In this document: piece after piece, positions 40,601 to 52,989 of the stretch
How positions within the stretch are numbered: position 1 is the stretch's first letter
Layout of the letters: each line of letters opens with the position of its first letter
Source: Ascidiella aspersa
Lineage: Eukaryota
Length of the DNA: 64,000 bases
Direction: 5' to 3'
NCBI GenBank assembly: GCA_963924565.1
Contig: OZ004613.1
Span: 21,576,001-21,640,000 of the forward strand
The notes under the pieces: model-generated
What the model was told of the DNA's origin: nothing
The model's database searches: none
The model's input: the letters and a program-made list of their open reading frames with translations, nothing else
Made by a program: the position numbers and the translations under genes

Positions 40601-43600
40601 AACGCTGCACCGCTTCATGGATCCAATTCTATTTGTTCAGACGATTGCAATTCGCTTTTTAGCTTCGATCCGTCTCCCTTGTGTAACGTCGAAACACCTT
40701 GCACAATTTCAAATCGGCAAAACACTGTGCAAATAATTCAAAATAGCTTCTCTGTTCAAATTCCCACAACGACGCAAACGCCCATGACCAACATTGCTTC
40801 GCGGCCTAATAGATCCCATCCGTATGCAAACAGACTGACGCGGCCGCAAAGAGACTCTTTGCCTACCAGCCTTGTCGCTGCATCTCACCTTCAACATCAC
40901 AACGCAGATCATAGCCATAGGCGGACACCTAGTGAGTCCGATTCCAATGTTTTTGTTCCGCTTGGTGGCGTTGACGCGCAACGTCCGTCTGATTTAGAAG
41001 GCGAACTAAATGAATTGAACCAAAACAAAGGCGACATGTGCACACCGCCGCAAAGCACGTCGCCGCCGAGAGAAAGCTTTGCGGAGACGAGGGCCTTTGT
41101 TAGCCGCATGCAGAGAATGCAGCGACACGTCGCACAAAACTACATCAATGGATCGACGTCAAGAAACCGCTCTCCAAGCCACGGCTATAGCTCGTATCGG
41201 GAAAGGATGCAACGTTTGGATCCGAACAACAGCATGGGTTCATCCCTGTTTCCGTGGGAAGAATCCGATAAAAAAAACGACGTCGAACGGGGATTGACGA
41301 GTTTCTCTTCAAATCAGGGCAATTTGCGATAAGGCCTGATGTTTTCGATTCTGTTGTGCAATTGTTATTGTCGTACCAATATGCTCGTCATAATCTGATT
41401 GTGAAGGCTTTAAAACTGCACTTGAGTCGCTGGTGTGTGTGTGTAGTTTTAAATTTTTTTTTATTACTAGTGTAGTGTGACCATATAAATGAATGAATAT
41501 GCCGCACAAGATGTATAAAACGAGCTATTATTTATTTTGGTATATTAAACATAATTATGCTAATTACTGCCAATTAGGGCTGTCATAAAACTCCCAAAAG
41601 GAGATAGATTGCAGATTGACAGTGCATGTGGTGTATAAAATATTAACAGACAATACCTTTGATTTTAAAACAAAATGCTTCTTTTCTTAAATTATAAACG
41701 TGTTATCTTTTTTGATAAAAAAGCGTCAATGAAATGATAAAATCATGATTTCATAATATTGACTTAAAATAACATGTTGACGGAAAACAATTTAGCGACG
41801 GCGATACGAGTTTGCTTACAACAAGCATTTTCGAGATAACCGTTTGGACAAAAGTCTTAACTCTTAAGATTTTTGCTCAATATACACAAAAATAAAAAGT
41901 AGTAAAATTGACCATAAGTCTAATTCCTTACAAGCTGCTAAATCTAGAGGTCGATTATCTTTTCTTATGGTAGCTTTGCACAAACTCAGTTCCAAACCAT
42001 TTAATAGAAATATGCAAGGAAGTTTTTAAACATTCCATTAAGATTCTGCGGTATGTTCGTTCACTAAGTATATCTATGCCCAGTGATGGTATGAAAGCTA
42101 TATTTTTTATCACGCACCAGAGTCGGTAACATTTTGCAAAGTTGTGGGGAGTTAATCAACGTTTTACAATAATAGTCATCTATGACCAATCAAATCTGAT
42201 CTTTCGACCGTAATTTAGATACTGAAAAAAGTAAATCAACGAAAACTGCGTTAAGGCTTATGTTGCTTAAGCAAAACAAGCCAAAAAGGTTCAACAAGTA
42301 AAAGGTTTAACAAGTTCCAAGTGTATCCCACCTCTTTATTATCCAGCATCCGATTAACCTCGTCTTCTGCTTGGTCGTCGTTCAAACGGTTCGGGCCTGT
42401 CTTCTCGTTCCATACCAGTTCGTATTTAAAGTTGAGTCGCCGGGAGAGTGTCTCAACCAAGTCGACGAGAAACCCTTCGTAAGTGGTTTCCGAAGTCACT
42501 TCGTTTACGTGCCATTTAACCCAAGGGCGCTCCTTTAAAAAACGCACTTTGTTTTTGCCCTGTGTTTGCCCTGCCCTTCTATCACGTGACAATAGAGCGG
42601 TTTGGGCCGTTAAAAAGCGGTTTCAAATAAGAAGATTGTCATTAGTTGATAATAAAGTGTATATAGGTTTCCAGTTCAGGCAATTATAGTTTATTTTTAT
42701 TCGCTTATCTGTATAACGGTTTATAATACAAAATGATCATAAACATTTTTCTTATGTTCCTAGGTTCCAATTTGCTAGTGAGATTTTGGTGAATCACTTT
42801 ATCGGGTAAAAATTCCAGACTGCATTGTGGTTACAAAACACTTACAGAAATCGTCATTTTTTATATTTGTTTTTACAACAAATTGCTTCCATTACTATAA
42901 ATATACACATGTTATGTGCACTGTAGGCTAAACCGCCTTTCACGGAATGTATAGCCCATTGTATACTTTAAAGTTTGGCCTCTATAAACTTACATAGACA
43001 AGGCCTACTTTGAGAGGTTCCTCTGGGAAAACAACAGCAGCTTGGACGAAAGGAATATATCCAGGAGTGAACGAGTTGTCCACCCAATAACCTTGCTAAA
43101 CACAAGTGACGTCACAAAAGTTTAATGAAAAGTATATGCTTGGTCATCAACCGCACACAGATATGTTAAGGTTAAGCTCATTATTATTAGACCCACTGAA
43201 GGCCAGTGGTTCTCAACCTTTTTTTCACTGCGTACCACCTCGAGCTTCTATGATCTTGTTGCGTTGGCCTACCAAATTGTCGAAAAACTCAACTTTACTC
43301 AAAATCAATATAGGATTATTAACTAAACAAATGCTGCCCACTACTCCCAAAAAAGTTTCCCTTTTTTAACTTGCAAAATACTGGTCAAGTTTTGCGATTC
43401 TTTGTTCTTTTGCTATGATGTCATAGAATAAATTTGCATAGATGTTCCGGAAAGATAATAGTTCCTATCGTTAAAGAAGCATAAAATATTTCACTATACA
43501 ATCATTACGATGAATGTATAGTTTATTACAATAAAAAAATGCTTAACCTTGAAACTGTAATTTTACTTAAAAACATACTGCGTACAGCGTACCACCCAAA

Positions 43601-46600
43601 ATGATTTCGCGTGCCACTAGTGATTTCGCGTACCACTACCACAGGTTGAGCTTGAGAACCACTGCTGTAGGCTAATCGATTTTGTTTTATGGAGAATCGA
43701 ACTTATGCTCATACAGCGCAGGCTTATTACTGTTAGATACCAGTTTGCTTGTAGCAGAGTCAGTAACCGTTATCATTGCTAAACTAAAAATACTTACACC
43801 CAGAATCGACTGAATTTTGTCTTCAACTATTTAACCAACACCTATGACTTGATGACGTTTAACTTACCATTGTCATGACGCCCTTCTCGTTTCCCAAGTG
43901 ATGTTCCAGATACTCTAGTTTGGTCGGTCCGATTAGCTTCAGTCGACTGATGTAGCGCTCTGTGCAGGTTCCCACGGAGTAGTACTGGAAGTGGTTTTGT
44001 GTCTGTTATTTTTTGTTTAGTCGGATAATTGGCGTATAATGATGGCTAAAGTTCAAAGTTTTGATTTTTTTAGGAACTATAGCAGTGTTCGGGAACCTTT
44101 TTAGCTAAGGGAGCCATAAAGCCAATTATTCTTGGTTGTATTTCCATGAGAGCCATATAATATTTTTTTAACATCTATAGTTATAGGTAGAGAAAGACCG
44201 ATATATTGGTTTGCCGATAATATCGTCCAACATTTGGCTTCTACCAGTATATAGGTATCGGTAAATGTAGGTCGATATGATCTAATTTTTCCTGTACAAC
44301 AAACTACTTACCCATTTTTTTATCAAAAAAATTTAGGTTTCAGCATCACGCCAAGTTAATAAGCAAAATAATAGTTTGATAATAATTTATAATTAATAAA
44401 GGTATTAAAACGTTATTTATATTATATTTTTTAATTATTTCAAGTTTTGATTTCTCTGATATATAAAAAAATCGGTATCGGGTATCGGTTGACAAAATTG
44501 TAAATAATCGGGTAACGGTATCGGTCCGAAAAAGTGATAGCGGTCAATCTCTAGTTATAGGTTTGCAAAAATAGTAAATTGAGCAGGGTCGTTTTATTTT
44601 GTTCTCATTGAAAAGACAGAACACGCTATGCACCAAAAATGAGTTAGCTAAGTTTAGACAACTTTAATTACTGAGTTCCATTTTAAGAATGGGGCCTTTT
44701 GGATATTAAGAGATTCCCTCAAACAGAATAACAGTCTCGAAAAACAAATAGAAATCGCGCGAAGCGCCTAAAATTTGCTACTATATGTGTAATAATACTG
44801 AGAAATAATAGCTTAGATTTTTCTGCCATCAAGATTCGTTCATCAAAAGAGCCATATAGCGTCACAAAAATGGCCCTATATGGCTCGCGATCCATAAGTT
44901 CCCGACCCCTGAACTATAACAATAAAAGTGCGTACAACATAGGCCTATATTAAAAAAACACTTTGACTAACTGAAACCTGTAATATTGTTTCTATGTATT
45001 ATTGTGTTGTATAGGATTCTTATGTACGGCTCTTTTAACGTATCCCGTGCCTGTACATTACCACTTGTCTCGCAGGAGTGCGTCATTTATTAGCCTACTA
45101 TAGTGTTATAACATGTTAGAAATGTATTACGTTCTACGTCGCCCTAGTTGTAAATATTACGAAACCAACAAACCGATCCAGCCGTGAAGCTTTTTGCTCC
45201 TTGATCGATTCCACATAGACTGTCGTCGGACAGTGGAACGTCGAAGCAGCCGATTCGAATCGCTTCCTCGCAAGATTGACCAATGCGCGTTAAAGCGTCT
45301 GCTGTCAGAGCTTTAAAAGCAAACATAAGCTGAAACCTGCGACATTATGGTGTCTTTAAAACAACTTGGGTATGGCATGGTAAGTTTGATATCTACATAG
45401 CCAAACTAAGGCAGCTTATCCGAATGCACTTCCAATGAAGCGAAGTATGCAAAGCTGGGCCGAATATAGCTGAATACAGCGAGCTTCTCTGCGATATTCC
45501 ATAGTTTTTTACAAAGAGTAAATTTGCATATAGCTAAAGCAGACTTTCAGCTAAACCCATACCAGCTTAAATTTCGTAAAAGCTTTTTGTTTATGAACTT
45601 TTTAATATATTTAACGTTAGGTGACATAATGAATTTTATCGGAATGCATCACTATCACAAAACAGAAGATACATCTCAATTGGGCAGATTATTTTTAATA
45701 TCTTAATAACAGTTTGACAAAGATGCCGAAAGTTCCATTCCATACCCGTGATGATGTCGTCCCGTGCCTCTCTCTCTGACACTCCCGCTATGTAGGCTGT
45801 CTCCAATACTTCGCGGACAACTCTTGCGCCTATTACCGTCAGTCTCACGCTGGACTCGAGAAAATCTTGTAACAGCAACGGATGGGTTTCCTAAACAAAC
45901 CAACCCTTACTCGCCACAAACGAAAAAATTATCTGGAAGTCTATGAAACAAATTGATTATTTCCTATCATTCTCTTTTTTACTTATCGAGTTGTGCGGGT
46001 TATTGCCTGCACCCTATATTTTAATCAAAAAAATATCTTCCGCAGAAAAAAAAAATATATATATCTTCCATTGTCACGTTTTTTCTAGGGATGTCAATGC
46101 TGGGATTATTATCGGTCAGTTAATCTAGGTCTTTATACTTCTTTTTTCTGGCAGCCCTGATTTATTACATTTCATGAGACATAATTTTTAATTTCTCTTT
46201 CATAATCAGATGTCTGTAAGGATTTGCAGACTAAATTAAATATCTATATACTTACAAGGTTTGGAAGAAACCAGTGGTTAACCTCACTGACCATGGATAA
46301 GAACACAGCTTTGGTTAGAACAGAAGTGGCAATCTTGTGGTCGCATATCAGAATGTAAGTTCGGTAACCAAGCAAGCGCACCGACTGCGTAACAAAACAG
46401 CGGGAATTGGAAAAGCTGGCTACTGGTAAAATGTTTTTTTGTACCGGTAAAGGTAGAGCAATGCATGTTCAATGTACAACCTCACAGCTCTTGCCCTGTA
46501 GGTCCGTTCCTGAAAGCCATGATAACCTAATATTAGTCGTTGAAAGAAAGATACGTAAACCAGCATTTAGGGCGATGTGGCAATACCAGTAAAAGTATAC

Positions 46601-49600
46601 ACTGGTTCTAAGTTGGACAACTATTTTCCTTTGTCACACGGTTTTACGCTTTGTTGCTAACAAGGCAAACGTCACATATTGACGTGCTGGTGGCGCGACG
46701 GTAGACATGGCGATTAAACAAAAGTCGGTGAACAGAACGGCGTTAGTTGCTGATAATATGAATCAGAAATTACACCCAAGTTGATAGGTATATTTAGATT
46801 AATTTACTTTACTATAATAATCCTATTATTGAGGAAGTAGCATTTATGTGATTTTAGGCTTTCACTAACATAAAAGTTAAAAAAGAGTAAATTTAAATAA
46901 CTATTGTATTAAATATACTTATATACTAGACCAAATATATCCATCGCAAAAAAATTGTAAAAAGCATTCAAACCGATATGGAATATCTCCTATACGCTAA
47001 AAACAGTGGTTCTCATCCTTTTGTCATACAGTGGACCCGTTTAACCGATATTCAGACTCAATTCCCCAAATGAAAAACATCACCTGCAAATGTACCTATA
47101 AATAACTCAACATTTTTAGAAAAAAAATATATGTTGCCGTAGTAAATAGCAAAAAATTACTTTTTTAGCGCACTGTGACGTAACAATAAGGAGCGGTACA
47201 TTTTGTTCATAGGTTTTATCTCGCTTTCGAAAAAGACCTGTACTAAGTACTGTTTATATTTTAAAGTGGGCTCTGCTCATAACTTGCTCCGATATGCAGA
47301 TGTACGCGAATTTCAGCCCCATCTAAAATGTGCTTTATTTCGTTTAAAAGGTATTATTGCATTTGAATATAACCTAGTGATGCCTATGCCTTTTTTTTAC
47401 CATTAGTTATACTACCTTTGAAGAGCGCAAGCCAAAACAAATTTCCAGTTAAATCATATATGGTTCGCCACATTTTCGGTTACTGAATTAGTACGCTACA
47501 TGGCCTATTGGGCAAAAGGTTATCCCTTTTTTTTAAAAAAACTTATGATTTAGCTTGAAACCAAATATTATTTCGGTAAATAGCCTACCTTTAGTATGGA
47601 CCACATCAGTTCCTGATCCTCCGGTATGACCCAAACCTTAAGGTTTATGCCTCTTTGTCTGGCAAGATCCAGATCTTGGTATCCAAATGCCATTTCTAAG
47701 CATTAAAAACAAAACAAAGGTGGTCGCACGCGGTGGTATATATTGCATATTAACAAGAAATAAACCTTAATTTTGTAAATTTTTGCCAGTGATTTCTTAA
47801 CAATATGAGATTTTTAACAGTATTTACAAGTTTGCATACGACCAAATTGACTAAAAGGAGGGGTTGGAAAACGTTTTAGCAACGCAAACTGCGTTCTAAA
47901 ATTAAAGAGTTTAAAAGCCAGATATAATGGATTTATGTTTATACCTTTATATGATATTTTTGGTATGGTTTGGTTCATTTAAGAAGACACTGGAAAGTTA
48001 TCGCTGGGTAAGCTGATTTAATGCCGGTAAACTATAGTTTCACCACAATAAAATACAATAATAAACGAAACATAGTTGAACTGTGACGGACTTATCTCTT
48101 TATCATTTTTTTGGATATTACTCTTCGATAGAAAAGTCAAATAAAACATATCAAACAACCACGTGATTTTATTCGGAATTTGATTGGTTTAAGTCGATAT
48201 CATTAGGTTGCCGTAAAGTTTTCCATACGAAATCACATTTTCGTGCGACATGAAGTGAAAAAATTGCTTCAACTTGCAAAAAGCCAAGCTTCGTTACTAC
48301 AATTTTCAAAGAAGGATTTAGAGAAAATACAAAGTATTGACTCACCGTCACTTTCCTGGTAAAATACGGCCGCCGTTTTCCACTCGTACTTTTCCATTGC
48401 GTCATACATGGCAAGCATGACGTCAGAATGCGCCGGGTTCATGTACATCATAAACTTGTCGCCGGTCTCACAATGCTGCGCGCAGGTCACGGATTTAAAG
48501 CCAAGTTAATTACAGTTAGGTAAGTGAAAGCGGCATATCAACGTTAAGGTTATATAAAAGCAAACCCTTGTCAACTCAAAAGTTCGAAGATTATTGTGTT
48601 CGGATTTTATAATTGGTATATTCTTCTTAACTTTTGTACACAAAACAATTTGCTTGCTATATGTGGTGCTTTGCAATATTTTTTAGTTAAATTACTGTTC
48701 ATAATCCGACTAGTTTACCAATTTTAAAACTTAAACGTTTAATTTTTATGACAAGGACTTGACTTGAAATTGACTTGCTCTATTCATGACTTGACTGGGA
48801 GTTGACTTGTTATTTATTCAAAATGACTTGACTTGGACTTAAGGTCTTTAAAAAATGACTTGACTTGGACTTAAGTTTATACAAATGACTTGAGTCTTTT
48901 CAAAATGACTTGTTTACAACACTGGGTATAACTAAGGTAAATATAGGCTAACCTCTCGGACCATTCCCACAAAGAACACGGTTACGGCTTGCTTCAGTTC
49001 GATCATCGCCGTGCAGTTGATGTTCTTGGCCAGTATGAAAAGGCTTGAAACTTTTGCAGCGGTGACAGTTTCTATGCAATTTCCGGTTAAACATAACGAA
49101 ATCGTAACTACGAAGTTGTCGATTGGGTTACGGAGAAAATTGTTGTGTTTTGCAAAGAAATCTTTATACATTTCAATATACCATTTCGTATAAGCTAATT
49201 AAAAGAGTAACCACATGAACTAAGTGGTTTTATTTGCACGAAATGAGTGCAGTAAAATTATATCAGATTTTTAATGGTTATACATTCCTTGGGTAAACAA
49301 CATCAGCTTTGGAGCGCGTAGACTACATCATTTACAAAATTACGTTACTCAAAATACCTTGTAAATTTACATATTTATTAGAATAACTACAAAACGCACG
49401 TTCGCAGCAATTTGTGCAGTAATTTATCTTACCAACGATGTTTGTCATGTTATCTTGAAAAAAGACCTTTAGGACGATGTGCAGTGAAGATTCCAGTATT
49501 GCTTTGTAGAAACTGGGTAAGGATGGTTCGTAATACGTGTCGTAGATTACTGCTGTTTCTATGATTACAGTTCCTCCAGCGGAACCACCGACCGACGTTG

Positions 49601-49643
49601 TCAGTGTGGCAATTAACGCCGCAACAAACAACCATTTTAGCAT
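19671..49643 (-). CDS. Ionotropic glutamate receptor-family subunit (AMPA/kainate/delta-like architecture, highly divergent ligand-binding domain), about 22 exons, about 1,050 aa
   Basis: Exons: 49433-49643, 48953-49107, 48346-48475, 47589-47695, 46256-46384, 45746-45890, 45174-45310, 43868-43984, 42994-43095, 42332-42532, 28483-28620, 27170-27335, 26024-26232, 24383-24623, 23925-24057, 23136-23259, 22356-22525, 21512-21591, 20483-20602, about 20299-20361, 20006-20047 (optional), 19671-19924. Phases are compatible throughout. Signal peptide MLKWLFVAALIATL; ATD (YEWKTAAVFY, HWFLPNL); S1 (ERPWVK, YEGFLVDLVETLSRRLNFKYEL); M1 (FLAPFTFDSW, FNPFEW); M2 (NSIWMTYGGLVHQG); M3 (WWYFTMLVIAAYTANLTAFLT); S2 (YGT, YAIPF, LRDDGTLQEL); M4 (LGIGNLGGMFITL). 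Confidence 0.92.
20922..21414. mobile_element. hAT (Charlie-like) MITE
   Basis: TIRs cagtggttttcaacc / ggttgaaaaccactg; TSD TTCTAAAG / TTCGAAAG. Confidence 0.88.
22044..22348. mobile_element. hAT MITE
   Basis: Ends cagtgattcacaaa / tatgggaaccactg; internal repeats agtgtgccgcga; TSD degenerate. Confidence 0.7.
23420..23902. mobile_element. Degenerate hAT MITE
   Basis: Ends agtggttgtcaacc / ggttgagaaccac with an internal gggggtcgc motif. Confidence 0.5.
25529..25899. mobile_element. hAT MITE
   Basis: TIRs cagtgctcttcaa / ttgaagagcactg; perfect 8-bp TSD CTTTACAT; internal tgcacc repeats. Confidence 0.9.
29544..41332 (+). CDS. Testis-specific serine/threonine kinase (TSSK)-like CAMK-group kinase with a ~2,050-aa C-terminal extension, 16 exons, about 2,400 aa, nested antisense in an iGluR intron
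   Basis: Exons: 29544-29735, 30345-30458, 31438-31643, 32427-32675, 32988-33115, 33193-33326, 33392-33440, 33656-34534, 35076-35216, 35495-35635, 35754-35921, 36046-36284, 36487-36531, 36643-36712, 36788-36868, 36966-41332. All GT-AG; they sum to 7,203 nt in one frame. Motifs: LGGGAVGRV, VAMK, KYLPTE (TSSK KFLPRE-like), HPNI, MEYAAKGDL, HRDLKLEN, DLG, CGTPGFMAPE, DLWSLGVVLF, ECQDLI..RP..DPW. The kinase domain is secure; joining of the downstream exons is inferred from splice phase. Confidence 0.85.
31756..32213. mobile_element. MITE with internal (GACTT)-rich repeats
   Basis: TIRs cagtgttgtaa / ttacaacactg; perfect 8-bp TSD GGCCTACT. Related fragments at about 4330-4472, 13730-13815, 25000-25105 and 48645-48923. 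Confidence 0.9.
34755..34962. repeat. Imperfect inverted repeat (arms about 40-55 bp) in kinase intron 8
   Basis: aaaaaagagtggcccaaataaatgacaaaagattcattc versus the reverse complement of gaatgaatatttcatcatttatttgggccacactttttc. Confidence 0.7.
38350..39340 (+). repeat. Coding tandem repeat, 36 nt / 12 aa (consensus SDAQLSERVLPV), about 27 degenerate copies
   Basis: Recurrent tcagatgcacaact(a/g)agtgaaag; translation SDVQLSERSMPN, SEAQLSERVLPG, SDAPLSERVFPV and similar. Confidence 0.85.
43204..43664. mobile_element. hAT (Charlie-like) MITE
   Basis: TIRs cagtggttctcaa / ttgagaaccactg; TSD CTGAAGGC / CTGTAGGC; internal gcgtaccac motifs. Confidence 0.85.
44083..44911. mobile_element. hAT MITE carrying a nested MITE
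   Basis: Ends cagtgttcgggaac / gttcccgacccctg; TSD AACTATAG / AACTATAA. Confidence 0.85.
44188..44553. mobile_element. Nested MITE (TAGAGA... termini, tatcgg-rich)
   Basis: Ends tagagaaagaccg / cggtcaatctcta; perfect 8-bp TSD GTTATAGG at 44180-44187 and 44554-44561. Confidence 0.85.
48645..48923. mobile_element. Partial copy of the GACTT-rich MITE
   Basis: Colinear with about 31920-32213; ends gacttgtttacaacactg. Confidence 0.75.
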
Positions 49644-50882
49644 TTCGTTAAACTTATTTTTACTTAATCAAAACAACTTATCTTGGCGTCTACAATCCTA
49701 CCACAGAATTGCAACAACTATTAAATCAACGCACAATATTTGAGTTAGGGTGTCGATTAGTGTTTGCGTAAGGGTAAGTCAAATATTACTATATTTATTA
49801 TTTACTAATATTACTTAACATACCCAAACTAAAACGCTAGCATGTTTCTCCAATAAAGTTCGTTGTGGTATTCTAGTGTGCTTGTTCAAACAACGTAAAT
49901 CATAGTTAATACAATTCATATATTTATTTTTCATTTGCAGGGCGCCCATTCTAGTAAAGTCCCGCAAAAATACTAGAATGGGCGCAGATAAATCGATTGT
50001 TATGTCTAACAGAAAACACGCTCGTCACTCGTGCTAAAACATTACATTATGCTAAAAGTCTGAACAACAATGGCACAACATAAATTATTTTGTTATACAA
50101 AAAGCACCGTATGTCTGTAGCTTGAACATCTCACTGTTTGATCGCTTATGTAAAACTGATAGAGCTAAAAGGCACCACAACCCATGTCCATTGATACCGT
50201 TTGCGCAGGTGCCAATCTATACGATCGCTATGTGACTTCGTAGCAACCAATCTATTGATAGGCGATCCTGAACAACCAATTAGGTGAGCTTACATGTGTA
50301 AGGTTAATAGAGCGTTTAAAAACAAAATAACCTGACCGTGGTCAGTGCGGACAAAAGTATTTAAAAATGTAGTATGATTACGTCAATAATTAGTTTGCCG
50401 TCTTGTAGTTGGCATCTAAAAATCACTTGAGAGCTTGTTCTGTTCGTGCTTTTATCAGCACAAGAGTTAAGAGTTTAAACAACAATAAAATTTATCTGAT
50501 AGATATTCAGCAATTAAACAAATAAAATATCTCTTCATTGAATAAACTGTTTTAGAACCCAGCGTTAGTATTGAAAATGGACGATAGATAGAAACACTAT
50601 GTGACACCCTTGGAAGTAAGCACCCCTGCCGTCGTGTCTAATAGGAAACAAATCCATTGAAGGTGAAGCAACAGGCGTGCGTTTTGTCATTCAGATTTAA
50701 ATATATATAATTTTACGTGGCAAATAAGATAAACCTGAATTAAATTTGGTTCAAAAGTTTAAAATAATGCATTAAAATAACCAACACAATCACAAGGTAG
50801 CGTTAGGAAGGTATTTTCTTCCTCGCTGTTCGGTCTCTGCGTTAATATCCGATGTTGGTGTAACATCGACATTTGTTTAACT

Positions 50883-51211
50883 CAGGGGTTCTTAAACTGG
50901 GGTCCATGGACCCCTTGGGGGTGCGTGAACTAGTTTTAGGGGGTCCACGAAGGCCTAATTAAAGAACTAGTGTATACTTAAGAAGTTATTAATTTTTCAA
51001 AGAAAACACTTTAATTAAAAATTAAACGGTTTTGCACTGAATATATAGTTAGACTCCATTTAGCTTTCACATTTTTCGGACCGAAATAAACAGAGTTATT
51101 AAATCTATTTGTATTGTAACGTCATTTTGGAGCATTTCTTGCCTACCGGGGTCCATGCAAAGCCAAAAAAAATTTTAGGGGTCCGCAGTAAAAAAAGTTT
51201 AAGAACCCCTG
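50883..51211. mobile_element. hAT MITE
   Basis: TIRs caggggttcttaaact / agtttaagaacccctg; flanking GTTTAACT duplication; internal ggggtcc repeats. Confidence 0.85.
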
Positions 51212-52180
51212 TTTAACTGAAGCAGATTCTTAAAAGGAGGTGTTGTAGCGCACGACTATAATTTACCGACTAAGAGATTGTGTTTACAGTAACTTTTGTG
51301 ATGTATTTGCTTATGCCACAGATGTATTGCCGACTCGCTCCAAAGTGCAAAGTAGTTACTGGCTTGCATTATCTCTGTGCTGTCAGCTCAGGAATTTGTG
51401 TACTTAAGACCGCCTTCCGCTTGCAAAAGAAAGACTTCTTCTCAGTTATAGTCTTGCTGTTGGCAACTTTGATATTGCAAGTAGCATCTGCTATATGCTA
51501 ACTTGTCCGCCTTCTATAGTTTCAACTGGTTGTTTGCTTATCAGATAATACAATTCTATTAACCTATACGTCTTTTGGTTGGCTAACGAGTTATACGCAC
51601 GCAACCTTCAAGCAACCTTAAAACGAGAGTCAGAAGCTTCAACTAAACAGTTAAACTCGTGCCCCACAGTGTAATGGTGACTGTCGTGCGCGTTTCAAAG
51701 TCTCCATTTTTAAGTAATGATGGTTAACGCAAAATTATGCTCTTTAGGCATACTCTAAGACCACGTGCTAAGTGTGCAATGGACACAACTTATTTCCCCT
51801 CAACCGCAGCTTGTAATTTAGCTGACTTGGCACACAGCTCGGCGCAGATGTTGCGCTAATCTTGTCATAATAACACCCGGGAAAAACGTTCTTCGTTTAG
51901 TATTGCAGGTGGTGAAAGGCGTGCTTGTATTTTAGCGCTCGTTCCGTTCATGGAACTTGAAACCTGCGTTACTGATAGTCGAATTATGTGTGATTCTACC
52001 ACAATTAATCACACATATTGCACGGTCTTGGTTGTTTTTTTGCCTGAAGTTAACGATTGCATACCGTGATTTCGCAGCTGGCGCCTGACAGGATTGTCGA
52101 CGACGCACGTGGTCGCTTTTGCTGGACGTATTTGGCTGTTTCTGATTAGTTTTTTTATCACGTCTTGCAATCACCATTCT

Positions 52181-52214
52181 ATGACGTCATACTGTCACTG
52201 TTTTATGACGTCAT
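52181..52214. promoter_or_regulatory. Two palindromic CRE/ATF sites (ATGACGTCAT)
   Basis: Perfect 10-bp palindromes at 52181-52190 and 52205-52214, between the iGluR 5' end and the putative + strand unit. Confidence 0.3.
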
Positions 52215-52475
52215 TAACGTCAGACGAAAAATAAGGGAATTCTCTAAGTTGAAAATTCAGGAACCCCCTTTTTGATTTTCTGGTTACGCCCCTGGTTGAC
52301 CCCCTGGAAAATTTTCTGCGGGCGCCTCTGCACTGGTTTATAGTTTTTTTGCTAGGAAAAATAACTTTCAAATATCATTGAAAAGCTAACAACACATTGT
52401 CTAAATTATCTCTTGTTTGAATTTGAAGTCAAGTCACATAAAACCAAATAAGGCTGAAACAATCGATCCCATAGT

Positions 52476-52948
52476 CAGACTTGGACAACTAGATAATTCT
52501 AGTTTTCTAATTCATTGAATTAGAGCAAAATGCGACTAATTCTAATTCTAATCTATTTTGTGCTTTGCTTGTTTTCTCTAATTCTAGTTCCAATCTAATT
52601 CGGATTTTACCAAATATGCTACTTTGTCCAACGACATTTTCTCAGTTAAAACACAGAATTTGAATTATAACCCTTTTGTTTGAACGACTTATACCGTATG
52701 TAATTTTAAATTTTTTTTTAAATTATCACACGCATATTTACGATTCACGTTCTTATAAGACAAATTACGATTAAATCAAATTGATTGTAAAAAATGAAAT
52801 GTATTTCTAGTTCAAATTGTGGTTGAAATTTGATTTTTAAGTGTTCGGTAATTCTAATTCTAATCTAATTTAAGAAAAGTCAAAACCAACTAATTCTAAT
52901 TCTAATCTAGTTTTAAAAAGTTGAAATAAATCTAGTTGTCCAAGTCTA
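52476..52948. mobile_element. MITE with (TTCTAA)-rich interior
   Basis: TIRs agacttggacaactaga / tctagttgtccaagtct; TSD CCCATAGT / CCCATAGC. Confidence 0.85.
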
Positions 52949-52989
52949 CCCATAGCATAATGGTTGCATATTCTATGTTCCATCTGTTT

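Noticed and set aside
36869-41332. 1,487-aa ORF as a stand-alone intronless gene or transposon ORF
   Set aside because: Its start is the GT of a splice donor; a good acceptor at 36965 joins it in frame to the upstream exons; no RT, integrase or transposase motifs.
45060-45092. Extra iGluR micro-exon (LINDALLRDK)
   Set aside because: It needs phase-2 junctions, whereas exons 45174-45310 and 43868-43984 already join in phase 0.
19671-49643. iGluR as a pseudogene, or a specific GRIA/GRIK/GRID orthologue
   Set aside because: No stops or frameshifts in the reconstructed exons, so not a pseudogene; too divergent to assign a gene symbol without a phylogeny.
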